A program made the translations under genes and the position numbers. This document shows, one piece after another, positions 1-9,931 of a DNA stretch of 64,000 nt. The stretch comes from Gemmatimonadales bacterium (lineage in GTDB: Bacteria > Gemmatimonadota > Gemmatimonadetes > Gemmatimonadales > GWC2-71-9). The stretch's first letter is position 1. Each line of letters opens with the position of its first letter. The stretch lies in contig JBBDYB010000009.1 of assembly GCA_040901965.1 (NCBI GenBank), positions 22,834 through 86,833 on the forward strand, given 5' to 3'. Below the pieces are notes generated by a model. The model saw nothing but the letters and a program-made list of their open reading frames with translations. It did not search any database and had not been told where the DNA came from.

Positions 1-135
1 CCCCGGGACCGCGGACCGTACCTTCGACGTAGCTAATCCCCACCTCCGGTATCCTTGCCGAGGAAGGTTGCAGACTACGCATCAGGAGTCAACGCCCGGT
101 CACACCCTGTCCCCGCCCGCAGGCCTCACCCCTGG

Positions 136-160
136 CCCCCTCTCCTTTCGGGAGAGGGGG
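136..160. repeat. GC-rich hairpin CCCCCTCTCC-TTTCG-GGAGAGGGGG (REP-like, intergenic)
   Basis: Perfect 10-bp inverted repeat read at 136-145/151-160. There is no flanking T-tract, so it is not called a terminator. Confidence 0.4.
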
Positions 161-420
161 AACGACATGCCGGCTTTGCTGACGCCACCCCGCCGAGCGT
201 AGATTGCGCGTCATCGTCGGCTGGTTTCCGTCCCCCGGCCTGCTCAAGGGGTTGACGCGCGACCGGCTCGTCGGGGTCGCCTAGGGGACCCCACGTTCCA
301 CGACGGAAACGCGACGGGGGAACCCTCGTCGGATTCCCCCGTGTCGCGAACCGTGCCAGGCGATAACCTCTGGATCTCCTAGATTCCCTTGCGAGAATGG
401 CGACGGCAACCTTTCCGTCC

Positions 421-837
421 TCACGGCCCGCGAGTGACCCTCCACAGCGTACCCGTCCGAAGCCGCCCAGTCAAGTGCTCGTCGGCAAGCGGATACGCGC
501 TATTCACCCACGCTTCGCCCTTCTCATCGAGGAACTTGACCGACACGAGCAGCCAACGGGGCGGTCGGCCTACGAGTCCAACGAATTCCACGCGGCGCCG
601 GTCGCCGTGCACACGCTGGCCGATGTAGTCGGGCGCGGCGAGCACGTCCGGGATGTGCGCGAGACAGAATGCGAGCCATTGCGGATGGCGTTGGCGAATG
701 TGGACCACGCGCTCCGGTAGGACCATGACCTTCCGTTGGCGCCCGACCAGTTTCGCAGGAAGCACGATCCAATGCGGTACGAAGCCCGCCCTCTGGGCCA
801 CCGCGCTGTCCGCGCGCAGCTCGATCGTCCGTCCCAT
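421..837 (-). CDS. hypothetical protein, possible Barnase-EndoU-ColicinE5/D-RelE (BECR/PBECR)-like nuclease
   Basis: 138-aa ORF from the track. The motif LPERVVHIRQRHPQW...IPDVLAAPDYIGQ followed by a beta-rich core resembles phage-type BECR nuclease domains. The family is recalled from memory, not searched. Confidence 0.45.
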   Translation of the reverse strand: MGRTIELRADSAVAQRAGFVPHWIVLPAKLVGRQRKVMVLPERVVHIRQRHPQWLAFCLAHIPDVLAAPDYIGQRVHGDRRRVEFVGLVGRPPRWLLVSVKFLDEKGEAWVNSAYPLADEHLTGRLRTGTLWRVTRGP

Positions 838-936
838 CCGGCGCCAACACTGGCGACTCGCGGTGCCGTCGGCGGCATCATTTCCCCGCGAACGGGGCCG
901 TTTTCTCGCGTCCCCGCACGCCGGATGCGGCTCGCA

Positions 937-1059
937 TCAGAGGATCGCGCAGGCGCGGTACTCCGCGAGTGTGAGCCCTTCGATCGTGGCGAGGAGGCTG
1001 AGGTTGCGAGTGATGGTGGCGAGCTTGCGCCGCGCGAGTTCGGCGTCGAGTTCCGTCAC
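937..1059 (-). pseudogene. truncated HEPN (HepT/DUF86-like) toxin remnant, 40 codons
   Basis: GTG at 1059-1057 overlaps the upstream NTase stop as GTGA. The translation VTELDAELARRKLATITRNLSLLATIEGLTLAEYRACAIL looks like the first helices of HepT. It ends at TGA 939-937 before any Rx4-6H motif. Confidence 0.35.
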
Positions 1060-1541
1060 CGGCGCGTGGCCGACCGGCGGACGAAGGCGCGCACCTCCTC
1101 GCGCTCGGACACGCGGAACTTGCGCGTGTCCGCGTAGCGACGGGCCGCGAGGGACGCGAAGCAGGTGAACTCCCCCGGTTCGCGCTCGTAGAGCGGGACG
1201 CCCTCGTGGGCGACGAGCATGAGGAGCAGCGGGTCGGCGCGCCGCAGGTCGGTGACGTACACGGCCTGGTGGCGCAAGGCGCGGATGAAGCGGTTGGTGA
1301 GGTCGAGCAAGTCAGGCGTTGCATCGCTCAGCAGGCCGAGGTCGAGGTCCTCGGGAGGGCGTGACTCCGGTGCGGGCGGCCGGGCGGCGGAGCCGAACAA
1401 GACGATCAGGCGGGCCCCGGTCGCGCGACCGACGCCCTCAGCGGCGCGCTGCAGGGCATCGCGGGAGACGGGTACTGGGCGCGGTGGCACAGCGAGAGTC
1501 CGGAGCCAAAGATAACGACAGCGGTTCGGTTTGCCGAACAT
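1056..1541 (-). CDS. nucleotidyltransferase-domain protein (MNT-type antitoxin)
   Basis: The internal ATG at 1541 gives MFGKPNRC.... The motif LFGSAARP...EDLDLGLL is a GS...DxD minimal NTase signature. The upstream part of track ORF 1056-1727 is Ser/Pro-rich with no similarity. Confidence 0.7.
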   Translation of the reverse strand: MFGKPNRCRYLWLRTLAVPPRPVPVSRDALQRAAEGVGRATGARLIVLFGSAARPPAPESRPPEDLDLGLLSDATPDLLDLTNRFIRALRHQAVYVTDLRRADPLLLMLVAHEGVPLYEREPGEFTCFASLAARRYADTRKFRVSEREEVRAFVRRSATRR

Positions 1542-1760
1542 GGGGCTCCGCAGGTGATGCGCACTTAGCCGAGGATGTGGTCCACGCGGAGGGTTACCCC
1601 GGCTCGCCCAGCAGCTCCCCTTCCCCGACGGAGCCATACAGCTCGCGGAGGATGGCGAAGGCTGCGAGGTCGGCGAGGAGGAGGACAGCGAAGCGTGCGG
1701 GGGCGCGCGCCCTCGTGCGCGTGGCACGGGACGAGATCGGGAGGAGGTTGTGGAGGTAGA

Positions 1761-2786
1761 TCACGCGGCGGCCGGCTTGCCCGCTCTCAGCCAGAGCGCC
1801 GCAGCGACGATTGGCGTATAGGCGACGAACACACCCAGCAGCCCGTCCAGCGACCCGAGCGCGACTAGCAGTGCGATGGGGAGGAGCCAACAGAGATTGA
1901 TTGCCCCCACGGCGACGGTCACGGGAAGGTGCGCACCCCACCGCTGAGCGGCGTGCTGGTAGGCGTGGCTCCTGTGTGCTTCGTAGAACCTCTCCCCGCG
2001 CACCACGCGGCGAATCAGGGTAACCGTCGCGTCCACGACGAAAGCGCCAAGGAGGATGACCCAACTCCAGAAGAGCCTGGGGGCCACCCAGGCTGCGTGA
2101 AGCGAGAGGGCGCCGAGCATCAGGCCGAGAAATCCACTCCCCGCATCGCCCATAAAGATCTTCGCGGGGGGCCAGTTCCAAACGAGGAAGCCCAGAGTCG
2201 CTGACACGACGACGAGGGGGGCAAGCCAGTGCGTAGTTCCTGATACGACTAGCCCGTAAAGCAACGTGCCGCCTAACGAAACTGTGATGGCCTCGACGGA
2301 GGCGATGCCGTCGATGCCGTCCATGAAGTTGAACAGGTTGACCAGCCAGACGATACCTAGGATCGAGAGTGGTATCGCGAGCCATCCTAGGGGTAGCGAT
2401 CCCGCCCCGATGCTCAGCGCGCGAACAGGTCCCAGCCAGTGGATCACCCAGCTCGCGGCTATGACGTGCACAACCAGTCGTGTCCATGCTGGGAGACTGC
2501 GGCGGTCGTCGAGCCAGCCCAGGAGGGCCATGGCCCCGCCGCTCGGCACGAGCGCCACGGCAAGCTGCCATCGCGCCAATCCCGCTAGCGCGGCGACAGT
2601 CATTCCCGCGAGCACTACCGCGGCGATGGCGAGTCCACCTCCCCGCGGCGTCGGAGTCGAGTGCGAGCTGCGTTCGTTCGGGACATCGAGCACTGTGCGC
2701 GCGAGGGCGAAGCGGCGAACGCGCCCCGTTCCCCACCAGCTGAACGCCAACGCGAGCAAGAGCACGGCCACGCCGAGCAGGCTCAT
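1761..2786 (-). CDS. polyprenyl-phosphate N-acetylhexosamine-1-phosphate transferase (MraY/WecA/WbpL family)
   Basis: 341-aa polytopic membrane ORF with the NLFNFMDGIDG motif and N-terminal RSSHSTPTPRGGG, typical of the WecA/WbpL family. Confidence 0.85.
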   Translation of the reverse strand: MSLLGVAVLLLALAFSWWGTGRVRRFALARTVLDVPNERSSHSTPTPRGGGLAIAAVVLAGMTVAALAGLARWQLAVALVPSGGAMALLGWLDDRRSLPAWTRLVVHVIAASWVIHWLGPVRALSIGAGSLPLGWLAIPLSILGIVWLVNLFNFMDGIDGIASVEAITVSLGGTLLYGLVVSGTTHWLAPLVVVSATLGFLVWNWPPAKIFMGDAGSGFLGLMLGALSLHAAWVAPRLFWSWVILLGAFVVDATVTLIRRVVRGERFYEAHRSHAYQHAAQRWGAHLPVTVAVGAINLCWLLPIALLVALGSLDGLLGVFVAYTPIVAAALWLRAGKPAAA

Positions 2787-3730
2787 GACACAGCCTCACG
2801 ATACCACGCGACGGTTGCGCCCCATCCTTGTGCGGGCGAGAACGGTGCGCGCCAACCCGTGGTGAACTGCAACTTCTCGATGGAGATCGAGAGACTATCG
2901 ACGAGCCGCGCGACCTCCGGGCTCATGCCAGCGAGCACGCCGCCCAATCGCAGAACGCCCAGGGGGACGGGCCAGAGTCGCACCGGCTTGTCGAGCGCCT
3001 GCGCGATGGTGCGGATCAGGTCCGGCGTCGAGAGGTCCACGCCGTCGCCGACGAAGAAGACTTCGCCACCGATGCGCGGTGCATCGCAAAGGGCCCGAAC
3101 GGCACTCACCAGATTGCCCGTGTAAAGCATGCTTCGTCGGTTGCGAATCCGGCCGAGGGGCAGGGGGACGCCTCGATCCACAAGTCGCAGCAGCCGCAGC
3201 ACGTTCCCCGGAGCACCTGGCCCGTAGACAAGCGGGAATCGCATCACGACGGTCTCGAGACCTGCCTTGGCGCCGCGCTGGAGCGCCGCCCGCTCGGATT
3301 CAAGCTTGCTCACGCCGTACGGATCAGTAGGCGCGGGGGGCGTCGACTCGGTCCAGGGTGCCGTGTTCCGGTCGCCTACGGCTTTGATGGAGCTCGCCAC
3401 GAGACATCTGCGCACTCCCGCCGCGGCGGCGGCTTCAATGACAGCCTCGGTGCCCTCGATGTTCACACGCCGCATCTCGGCGAGGGCGTCGCGCCCATCG
3501 TCACGCATGCGATGCGCTCGCCCGGCCAGATGCACGACGGCAGACGCCCCTCGGAAGGAGCGACGAAGCGCGGCGCCATCGAGCAGATCGGTGATCTCCG
3601 ATCGCTCAATACCAGACTCCAATGGTTTCGCGTCGCGACGAACGACCGCGCGCACCGGATGGCCCGATGTGGCCAGCGCCGAACACAGCGTGCGCCCGAT
3701 GAAACCCGATCCACCGGTGACCGCGATCAC
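2783..3730 (-). CDS. NAD-dependent sugar epimerase/dehydratase (SDR)
   Basis: N-terminal Rossmann motif VTGGSGFIGRTL and YGVSK (YxxxK). ATGA overlap with the downstream gene at 2783-2786. Confidence 0.85.
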   Translation of the reverse strand: MIAVTGGSGFIGRTLCSALATSGHPVRAVVRRDAKPLESGIERSEITDLLDGAALRRSFRGASAVVHLAGRAHRMRDDGRDALAEMRRVNIEGTEAVIEAAAAAGVRRCLVASSIKAVGDRNTAPWTESTPPAPTDPYGVSKLESERAALQRGAKAGLETVVMRFPLVYGPGAPGNVLRLLRLVDRGVPLPLGRIRNRRSMLYTGNLVSAVRALCDAPRIGGEVFFVGDGVDLSTPDLIRTIAQALDKPVRLWPVPLGVLRLGGVLAGMSPEVARLVDSLSISIEKLQFTTGWRAPFSPAQGWGATVAWYREAVS

Positions 3731-3811
3731 CGGGGGTGGCTCGGAAGCGGGGCTCTAATCACCGCGCCCTCCGTCACCGTCTTGAGCAAATCCAGAGCCT
3801 CGCCAAGAGTC

Positions 3812-5041
3812 TCACCGATCTTCCGCACGCCATCGCACGGCGTCGGGGGCGACGGAGAGCACATCCTCTGCCAGGCGCTCGCTGATGGCAGCGCGCCCGT
3901 ACTTCGCCACGAACTCGCTCCGCGGCACATCCTCAAGTATCAATTCGTCGAGCGATCGGAGGGCGCTGTCGACGTCGCAAGGCTGAAAGACGGCTGAATT
4001 GCGGATCTCATGCCTTGTGAAGGCCGCCGCGAACCCGGACACGCCCGCCCACAGGGGCTTCCCCAAAGCCGCGTACTCGAAGAGCTTCGAAGGGAGCACT
4101 TTGTCGAAAGCAGCGTGGTTGTTGAGATGCAGGAACAGGATATCGGCCGCGCGATAGGCCTCGAGAAGTTGTTCGCGCCCAACAGGAGGTGCGATCTCCA
4201 CGTTCGTCACGCCCATCGCGGCAATCGTGGTCTCTAGGACCTGCCTGCGGCCCCCGTCACCGATGACCTTGAAGCGCACGCGATTGCCCAGCGCGCGGGC
4301 CAGCTGCGGCACGACCAGATGGAGGCCCTGCCCCTCCCCGATATTGCCGGCATAGACAACGGTGAGCGTCTCAACGCCCGCCTTCCGGGGCGATGGTCTC
4401 CGATCCGTAGGCGCGGCGTCGAGGAACTCGGGATCGATGCCGTTGGTGAAGCACGAGAACCGCTGATGCGGATAGCGCTGGGCGAAGTACTCCAGGAAGC
4501 CTGGGGAGACAACGTTTATCTTGTCCGCTCGATGCAACGCGAACATCTCCAGCGCTGAGAACACGGGCTTGACGACAGCGGCGATGGCCCTTGGCAGCAC
4601 GTCCTTGATAGTGTCGGCGAAGATGTCGCGGATGTCCAAATACAGCTTCGCCCGCTTCCGACGCGCGATCCAGGCGCCCAGGACAGCCGTCATCAGTCGG
4701 CTCGACGTGGCGAACACGATGTCAAAGTCGCGGCCCGCAACGTGGGTGAGCGCACGGCGAGCGTACGATAGGAATGCAACGGACTGATCCAGCATGCCGC
4801 TTTTGTGCCGCTCGAGTGCGATCCGGTGGATCGAGACTCCGGGCTGCTCCTCGCTCAGCGGCGCCTCCGCGGTGAACGACCGGTACCGATTGGGGAGCGT
4901 GGTGATCACGTCGATGTGAGACCCCGGCGGCATCCTGCGGCGAAGCGCCGCGATCAGCGCCGTCGCGCGAAAGGACCCTGCGCTGAGGTCGGGGCGATAG
5001 TAGAAGCTGAGGACCAGGATTCTCAGGGCGCCACGTGCCAT
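3812..5041 (-). CDS. glycosyltransferase family 4 (WbuB-like)
   Basis: The internal ATG at 5041 gives MARGALRILVLSFYYRPDLSAGSFR, a WbuB-type N-terminus. The C-terminal GT1 fold carries an E-x7-E-like region. Confidence 0.8.
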   Translation of the reverse strand: MARGALRILVLSFYYRPDLSAGSFRATALIAALRRRMPPGSHIDVITTLPNRYRSFTAEAPLSEEQPGVSIHRIALERHKSGMLDQSVAFLSYARRALTHVAGRDFDIVFATSSRLMTAVLGAWIARRKRAKLYLDIRDIFADTIKDVLPRAIAAVVKPVFSALEMFALHRADKINVVSPGFLEYFAQRYPHQRFSCFTNGIDPEFLDAAPTDRRPSPRKAGVETLTVVYAGNIGEGQGLHLVVPQLARALGNRVRFKVIGDGGRRQVLETTIAAMGVTNVEIAPPVGREQLLEAYRAADILFLHLNNHAAFDKVLPSKLFEYAALGKPLWAGVSGFAAAFTRHEIRNSAVFQPCDVDSALRSLDELILEDVPRSEFVAKYGRAAISERLAEDVLSVAPDAVRWRAEDR

Positions 5042-6681
5042 CTGAGCTCGGTGCGGAGCGCGAGTCCGGCGAAGTCCACGGCAAGGCACACGTTGGGCTC
5101 CGTCACTCCGAACTCGGGATGCCAGGTCGTGCGCTGCTGGCGTAGTCGGCCGCCCTGGACCGAGAAGCCTATCCTGCGCCCTTCCGGCAGCACTAGATGG
5201 GCCACTCCTCCTTGGTCGTCGCTTCGAATCTCGCGGACCGCGATCGCGGGGTGGAGGTGAAACCGCGCCTGGGCATGTCGCACGCCGCCGGAGAGCGTGT
5301 CACTCACGACGAGCGCGCTGGCGTTGAACGACCACTGCCGAGCATGCTTGGGCCTGCCGGGAAGGCGCTGGTATCCGTCGTGCGCGCAGCGCACGATGAT
5401 CCCTTCGTTGCAGAACACTTCCAGTCCCGACGGTCGGGCACGCCGCGCCACTCGAAAAGCCGACCAGACATCGGACGAGTCGTTCCCGTCAATCACGACC
5501 GTATTGTGAGCGGCGGTCCCTCGTTGGCGGAGCCGCTCGGCGTCGGCACCGTAGCGGGAGGTTCCGGAATTCACCAACACGCGCTGCCCGAAGACTGACA
5601 GCTCGAAGGACAGGGTATCTGCGTGGGCGTGGCCCGGCAGATAGTCTGGGCCCACCGGTCCGACGTCGAGCATCGCAACGGCGGGGCCGTGCTCGACACG
5701 TATGTAGCCGCTCTCGCCAAGCTCCGTCAGGGGCCGGCTCGTACCGTACTGGGGAGGAAGCCCGAGTCGGGACGCATACTGCTCGAGCGCGGCGGGGGAG
5801 GGCGCGATGCCCATCGCCGCGTCGTTGAACAAACCGATCTCCCCGTCGGGGTGCGTCATGGCGGTCAGCCAGGCGCGCATGCGTCCGACCACCTTTCCGC
5901 ATGCGGCGAGCGTCGGCTGCCACCGAGAACCGATCGCCGTCGGGTAGGCCCGCCACACGTTGCAGAGATCGAGCATGTCCTCCAGCGCGAGCGCGTGATA
6001 CATCGTGCTGCGCTCGAATTGGCCGCCGTCGCCCAAGATCTGCTCCGGCACCTGCGCGGAGAGGATGCGCAGCCCGCGTCTCATCCAGCGTTCAGCCTCC
6101 GGACCGTCAAAGTACAGGCCGGCGAAAACGAGCGCCTTCCCGTTGACGAACAGGTGATTACCGAGCAGATGGGCTTCCACGCGCCGCGAGAGCCAGCGGG
6201 TCTGTACCGCAAGGCTTTGGGCGCATTCTTGGGGAAGAACGTTCCCCTGCAACGCCCACTTGATCCAGTTCACGATCCTCAGCGAGGTGGGGTATGGTTC
6301 CCATGCGGTGCCGATTGCCGGTAGGTTCTCCCGCACCCATAGCTTCAGTAGTGCGCGGTGCCAATCCACTCGCACCGCTGCGTCGTGCGCGTTCAGGTCG
6401 TCGAAATAGTGCAAGTGGTAACGCCACAGTTTGTCGAGCCCCGGGTCATCCCATCCGTGTTTGTCAAGGTCACGCCTGTCATTAAGAAAACGAAACTGCT
6501 GAGGGCCGAGCATGCTCGCGGGCCGCTCGGCGACCGACACCCAGGTACCGTCGAGTGGCCGACTGGGTGGGGCGGGACTCAGATCCACGCGCGGCCTCAC
6601 GATTCGGAACCACACCCGTCCGTAGACCTGAATCGGCTTCAAGTGACGGATGGTGTTCCAGTACCTGCCAACGTCGGCCAT
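5023..6681 (-). CDS. heparinase II/III-like (alginate-lyase superfamily) protein
   Basis: The ATG at 6681 gives MADVGRYWNTIRHLKPIQVYGRVWFR. C-terminal HAHADTLSFEL is typical of heparinase II/III-like proteins in O-antigen loci. ATGA overlap with wecB. Confidence 0.75.
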   Translation of the reverse strand: MADVGRYWNTIRHLKPIQVYGRVWFRIVRPRVDLSPAPPSRPLDGTWVSVAERPASMLGPQQFRFLNDRRDLDKHGWDDPGLDKLWRYHLHYFDDLNAHDAAVRVDWHRALLKLWVRENLPAIGTAWEPYPTSLRIVNWIKWALQGNVLPQECAQSLAVQTRWLSRRVEAHLLGNHLFVNGKALVFAGLYFDGPEAERWMRRGLRILSAQVPEQILGDGGQFERSTMYHALALEDMLDLCNVWRAYPTAIGSRWQPTLAACGKVVGRMRAWLTAMTHPDGEIGLFNDAAMGIAPSPAALEQYASRLGLPPQYGTSRPLTELGESGYIRVEHGPAVAMLDVGPVGPDYLPGHAHADTLSFELSVFGQRVLVNSGTSRYGADAERLRQRGTAAHNTVVIDGNDSSDVWSAFRVARRARPSGLEVFCNEGIIVRCAHDGYQRLPGRPKHARQWSFNASALVVSDTLSGGVRHAQARFHLHPAIAVREIRSDDQGGVAHLVLPEGRRIGFSVQGGRLRQQRTTWHPEFGVTEPNVCLAVDFAGLALRTELRWHVAP

Positions 6682-7805
6682 CACGCGACCGGCTTCCTCC
6701 ACAGTTGCCGGAGGATCCGCACAATACGTTCGCCGGTCCTGCCGTCCCACTTTTCCGGAATGCGTCCCGCCTTCCACTTCCCCTCGAACAGCTCATTCAG
6801 CACCGGCGGCAGTCGCACCGGATCGGAGCCGACCAGCACGTTGGTGCCGATGGTCACGGTCTCCGGTCGCTCCGTGGTGTCGCGCAGCGTTACGCAGGGC
6901 ACACCCATCACGGTCGTCTCCTCCGTGACGCCCCCCGAGTCGGTGATCACTGCCTTCGCGCACTTCATCAAATAGATGAAAGCGAGGTACGGTTGCGGCT
7001 CCACTAGGCGGATGTTCGCTGGAACCGTCGTCCCGTCGAGTGTTTTTGCAGTCCGCGGATGGACGGGAAACACGACGGGAAGATCCCTGCACGCGCCGCC
7101 GATCGACGCCATCAGCGCCGTCAGCTGGTCCACGTCGTCCACGTTGGACGGGCGGTGGACGGTGGCGACGAAGTATTCGCGCGGCCGCAGCGCCAGCTCC
7201 TCCCAGAAAGCTGGCGGACGAATGCGGTCCATGTTCGCCAGAAGGGTGTCGATCATCGTGTTGCCGACGAAAAAGATCTGTTCCTCCGCGACGCCCGCCC
7301 GGCGCAGATTCTCGTTCGCGTGTTCGGAGGTCGTGAAGAAGACGTTCGTGAGCCCGTCGGTCACCATGCGGTTGATCTCTTCGGGCATGCGCCAATCACC
7401 CGACCGAAGGCCCGCCTCGACATGCGCCACCTTGACACCCATCTTTTGCGCGGTGATCGCGCAGGCCATGGTGGACGTCACGTCACCGACGACGAGACAC
7501 AGATCGCTGCGCTGTTCGAGCAACACCTTCTCGTATCGGACCATGATCGCCGCCGTCTGCTCGGCTTGGGTTCCCGACCCGACTTCCAAGTTCATATGGG
7601 GCTCGGGGATTCCCAGCTGCTCGAAGAAGTCGCCCGACATCCGGGCGTCATAATGCTGCCCGGTGTGGATCAGCCGGTATGTGAGGTCATTGTTCGGCTC
7701 TCGGACCGACGGCCACGCGTGGAGGATCGGCGCGATTTTCATGAAATTCGGCCGCGCCCCCGCGATGATGTCGATGAGCGGCACGCCGTTGCCGGCATCC
7801 TTCAT
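6681..7805 (-). CDS. wecB: UDP-N-acetylglucosamine 2-epimerase (non-hydrolysing)
   Basis: The internal ATG at 7805 gives MKDAGNGVPLIDIIAGARPNFMKIAPI, followed by HTGQHYD and the DSGG(V)TEE motif. Confidence 0.9.
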   Translation of the reverse strand: MKDAGNGVPLIDIIAGARPNFMKIAPILHAWPSVREPNNDLTYRLIHTGQHYDARMSGDFFEQLGIPEPHMNLEVGSGTQAEQTAAIMVRYEKVLLEQRSDLCLVVGDVTSTMACAITAQKMGVKVAHVEAGLRSGDWRMPEEINRMVTDGLTNVFFTTSEHANENLRRAGVAEEQIFFVGNTMIDTLLANMDRIRPPAFWEELALRPREYFVATVHRPSNVDDVDQLTALMASIGGACRDLPVVFPVHPRTAKTLDGTTVPANIRLVEPQPYLAFIYLMKCAKAVITDSGGVTEETTVMGVPCVTLRDTTERPETVTIGTNVLVGSDPVRLPPVLNELFEGKWKAGRIPEKWDGRTGERIVRILRQLWRKPVA

Positions 7806-9931
7806 CGCAGCGCCCTGGCTACCGCCACGGTCACGCGGCTCACTTCCATCAACTCCTCGAACGCAATCGGCGCCGGGCCGCCCCGCTGGACCGCCTGGAC
7901 AAACGCAGCCACGCACTGCTTCTGCCCTTTGTCCTGGCGCCACAGTGCCATCCTCTGGAAGCCCGGCCATCCGAATCCCCTCAGGCGACGGAAGTTGTCC
8001 AGTTGAAGGATGCGTCCGCCGGCGAACACTTCGAGCCGTTCTTTCGGGAACGACTTGTGGCCATTCGCCAGATACAGGATGGTCCCGATCGAGCCGTCCT
8101 CGAAGGTGAGGATGATGCTCGCCTTGTCGTCCGTGACGGCAACGATGGAAGCCCGGCCGATCGAGCTCGCCTGGAATCCGCTGATCGGCGACGCCGTAAG
8201 AAACCGCAACAGGTCGATGAAGTGGCAGGCTTCGCCGACGATGCGGCCGCCGCCCACGCGGCGATCCTGCGTCCAGTGCTCGGGTGGAACGGCACCCGCA
8301 TTCACCGTCATCATGAACACCTTCGGCTCGACGTCCCCGGCCAGCAGCCCCTGCATCTTCTGCACCTGTGGCGCGAAGCGGCGGTTGAATCCCACCATCA
8401 GGATCCTATCTGGCCGGGCCGCATGCGCTGCGCTGATCCCATCCAACTCGTCGACCGACAACGCCAGCGGCTTCTCCACGAAGACGTGCTTGCCTGCGCC
8501 CAGGGCCGCCTGCACGAGGCCCGCGTGAGCATCATGCCGGGTCGCGATGACGACAGCGTCGACTTCGGGATCGGCCAGGACACTGTCGGTGTCCGTTGTG
8601 GTTGCCTCGAAACCGAACTTTCTTCCCGCGTGTACGGCGCTGACGCCGCCGCTGGATGCGACGACCCGAAGGCGCCCTCCGGCTGCCTTGAACGCTGGAA
8701 TGAGCACCGCCGTTGCGTAGCTTCCCGAGCCGATGAACCCGACCGAAGCGCGGCCGGCCGTCCCGGACGCCGCCGGCAGTTCGACCGTTCGGGAGCGTAA
8801 CGCTGAGTCCGGACGCTCATTCGTTCCCGTGTAGGTGAGTAGGATGCCCAGGGAAGGTGTATCGCTGGTGACCAGATCGTACGCTGCTTCAGCCTGCTCG
8901 ATCGGAAACCGGTGAGAGACGAGCGGCTTGGCGTCCACCCTGCGGTCCGCCATCATGTCGAGGATCGCCTCGAAGTTCCGCTGCTCAGTCCAGCGGACGA
9001 GGCCCACAGGGTAGTCCACGCCCTTCTCTTCGTACGTCGGATCGTGCCGGCCAGGGCCGTACGAGCACGAGACCTGGAAACTCAGCTCCTTCTCGTAGAA
9101 GTCCGCACGCGACAGCTCCAGTCCCGTCACGCCGACCAGGACGATACGTCCACGCTTGCGGCATATGACTGCGGCCTGGTGCACCGGCTCGTTGCTCTGC
9201 GTCGAAGCGGTGATCAGCACAGCGTCCACACCGCGGCCGCGCGAGAATGTTTGCGCCGCCGTTACGGGGTCCGCGCCAGCCGTAAGATCAACCACCTCGG
9301 CACCGAAGCGCTTCGCCAGCGCAAGCTTGGCGGGATCGTAATCGATACCCAGCACGCGGCACCCGTTGGCCCGGAGCAGCTGGACCGTTATCAGGCCGAT
9401 GAGACCCAGCCCGGTCACGACCACCGTCTCGCCGAGCGTGGGTTGCGCGAGACGAATCCCCTCGAGACCGATCGCGCCGATGACGGTGAACGCCGCTTCC
9501 TCATCCGACACACCGTCCGGAATGCTGCTGCAGAGATTCCTCGGAACGTTCACCACCTCGGCGTGCTTGCCGTTCGACACGACCCGATCGCCGACTGTGA
9601 ACCCAGTGACGTCCTCGCCGACCTCCAGCACTACGCCGGCGTTGCAATACCCGAGGGGAAGTGGCTGGTCGAGTGTATTGAATACGGCTTCGAGCGTCGG
9701 GACCAGCCCGTCGGTCTTGATCTTGTCGAGGACCTGCCGGACCTTGTCGGGCTGCGCCAGCGCCTTGCCGAGCAGCGACGCATGGCCGAAGCTGACCAGC
9801 ATCCGCTCCGTGCCGGCGGACAGCAGCGTGGTCGTCGTGCGGATGAGAACATGGCCGCGCTTGACCGCCGGACAGGGGACGTCCGCGATTTCTGTCTTTC
9901 CCGTTCGGAGGCTCTGAAGAATCTGCCTCAT
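7802..9931 (-). CDS. bi-domain oxidoreductase (Zn-ADH-like fused to Gfo/Idh/MocA)
   Basis: The N-terminal half has the GLGLIGL Rossmann motif of the MDR family. The C-terminal half (VGFIGSGSYA...VFVEKPLA) is Gfo/Idh/MocA-like. Start moved to ATG 9931, giving an ATGA overlap with the upstream gene. Confidence 0.85.
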   Translation of the reverse strand: MRQILQSLRTGKTEIADVPCPAVKRGHVLIRTTTTLLSAGTERMLVSFGHASLLGKALAQPDKVRQVLDKIKTDGLVPTLEAVFNTLDQPLPLGYCNAGVVLEVGEDVTGFTVGDRVVSNGKHAEVVNVPRNLCSSIPDGVSDEEAAFTVIGAIGLEGIRLAQPTLGETVVVTGLGLIGLITVQLLRANGCRVLGIDYDPAKLALAKRFGAEVVDLTAGADPVTAAQTFSRGRGVDAVLITASTQSNEPVHQAAVICRKRGRIVLVGVTGLELSRADFYEKELSFQVSCSYGPGRHDPTYEEKGVDYPVGLVRWTEQRNFEAILDMMADRRVDAKPLVSHRFPIEQAEAAYDLVTSDTPSLGILLTYTGTNERPDSALRSRTVELPAASGTAGRASVGFIGSGSYATAVLIPAFKAAGGRLRVVASSGGVSAVHAGRKFGFEATTTDTDSVLADPEVDAVVIATRHDAHAGLVQAALGAGKHVFVEKPLALSVDELDGISAAHAARPDRILMVGFNRRFAPQVQKMQGLLAGDVEPKVFMMTVNAGAVPPEHWTQDRRVGGGRIVGEACHFIDLLRFLTASPISGFQASSIGRASIVAVTDDKASIILTFEDGSIGTILYLANGHKSFPKERLEVFAGGRILQLDNFRRLRGFGWPGFQRMALWRQDKGQKQCVAAFVQAVQRGGPAPIAFEELMEVSRVTVAVARALR

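Noticed and set aside
1594-2799. Long alternative-frame or antisense ORFs throughout the track. Examples: 1594-2799(-), 2828-3997(+), 8912-10219(+), 10087-11637(+), 32435-33574(-), 43988-45295(+), 45577-46947(+), 48265-49398(-), 59144-60619(+), 60633-62066(-), 61867-63309(+), 61937-63328(-).
   Set aside because: Each overlaps a CDS with clear family motifs in another frame. Their products are Arg/Ala/Gly/Pro-rich with no recognisable motifs, as expected for shadow ORFs in high-GC DNA.
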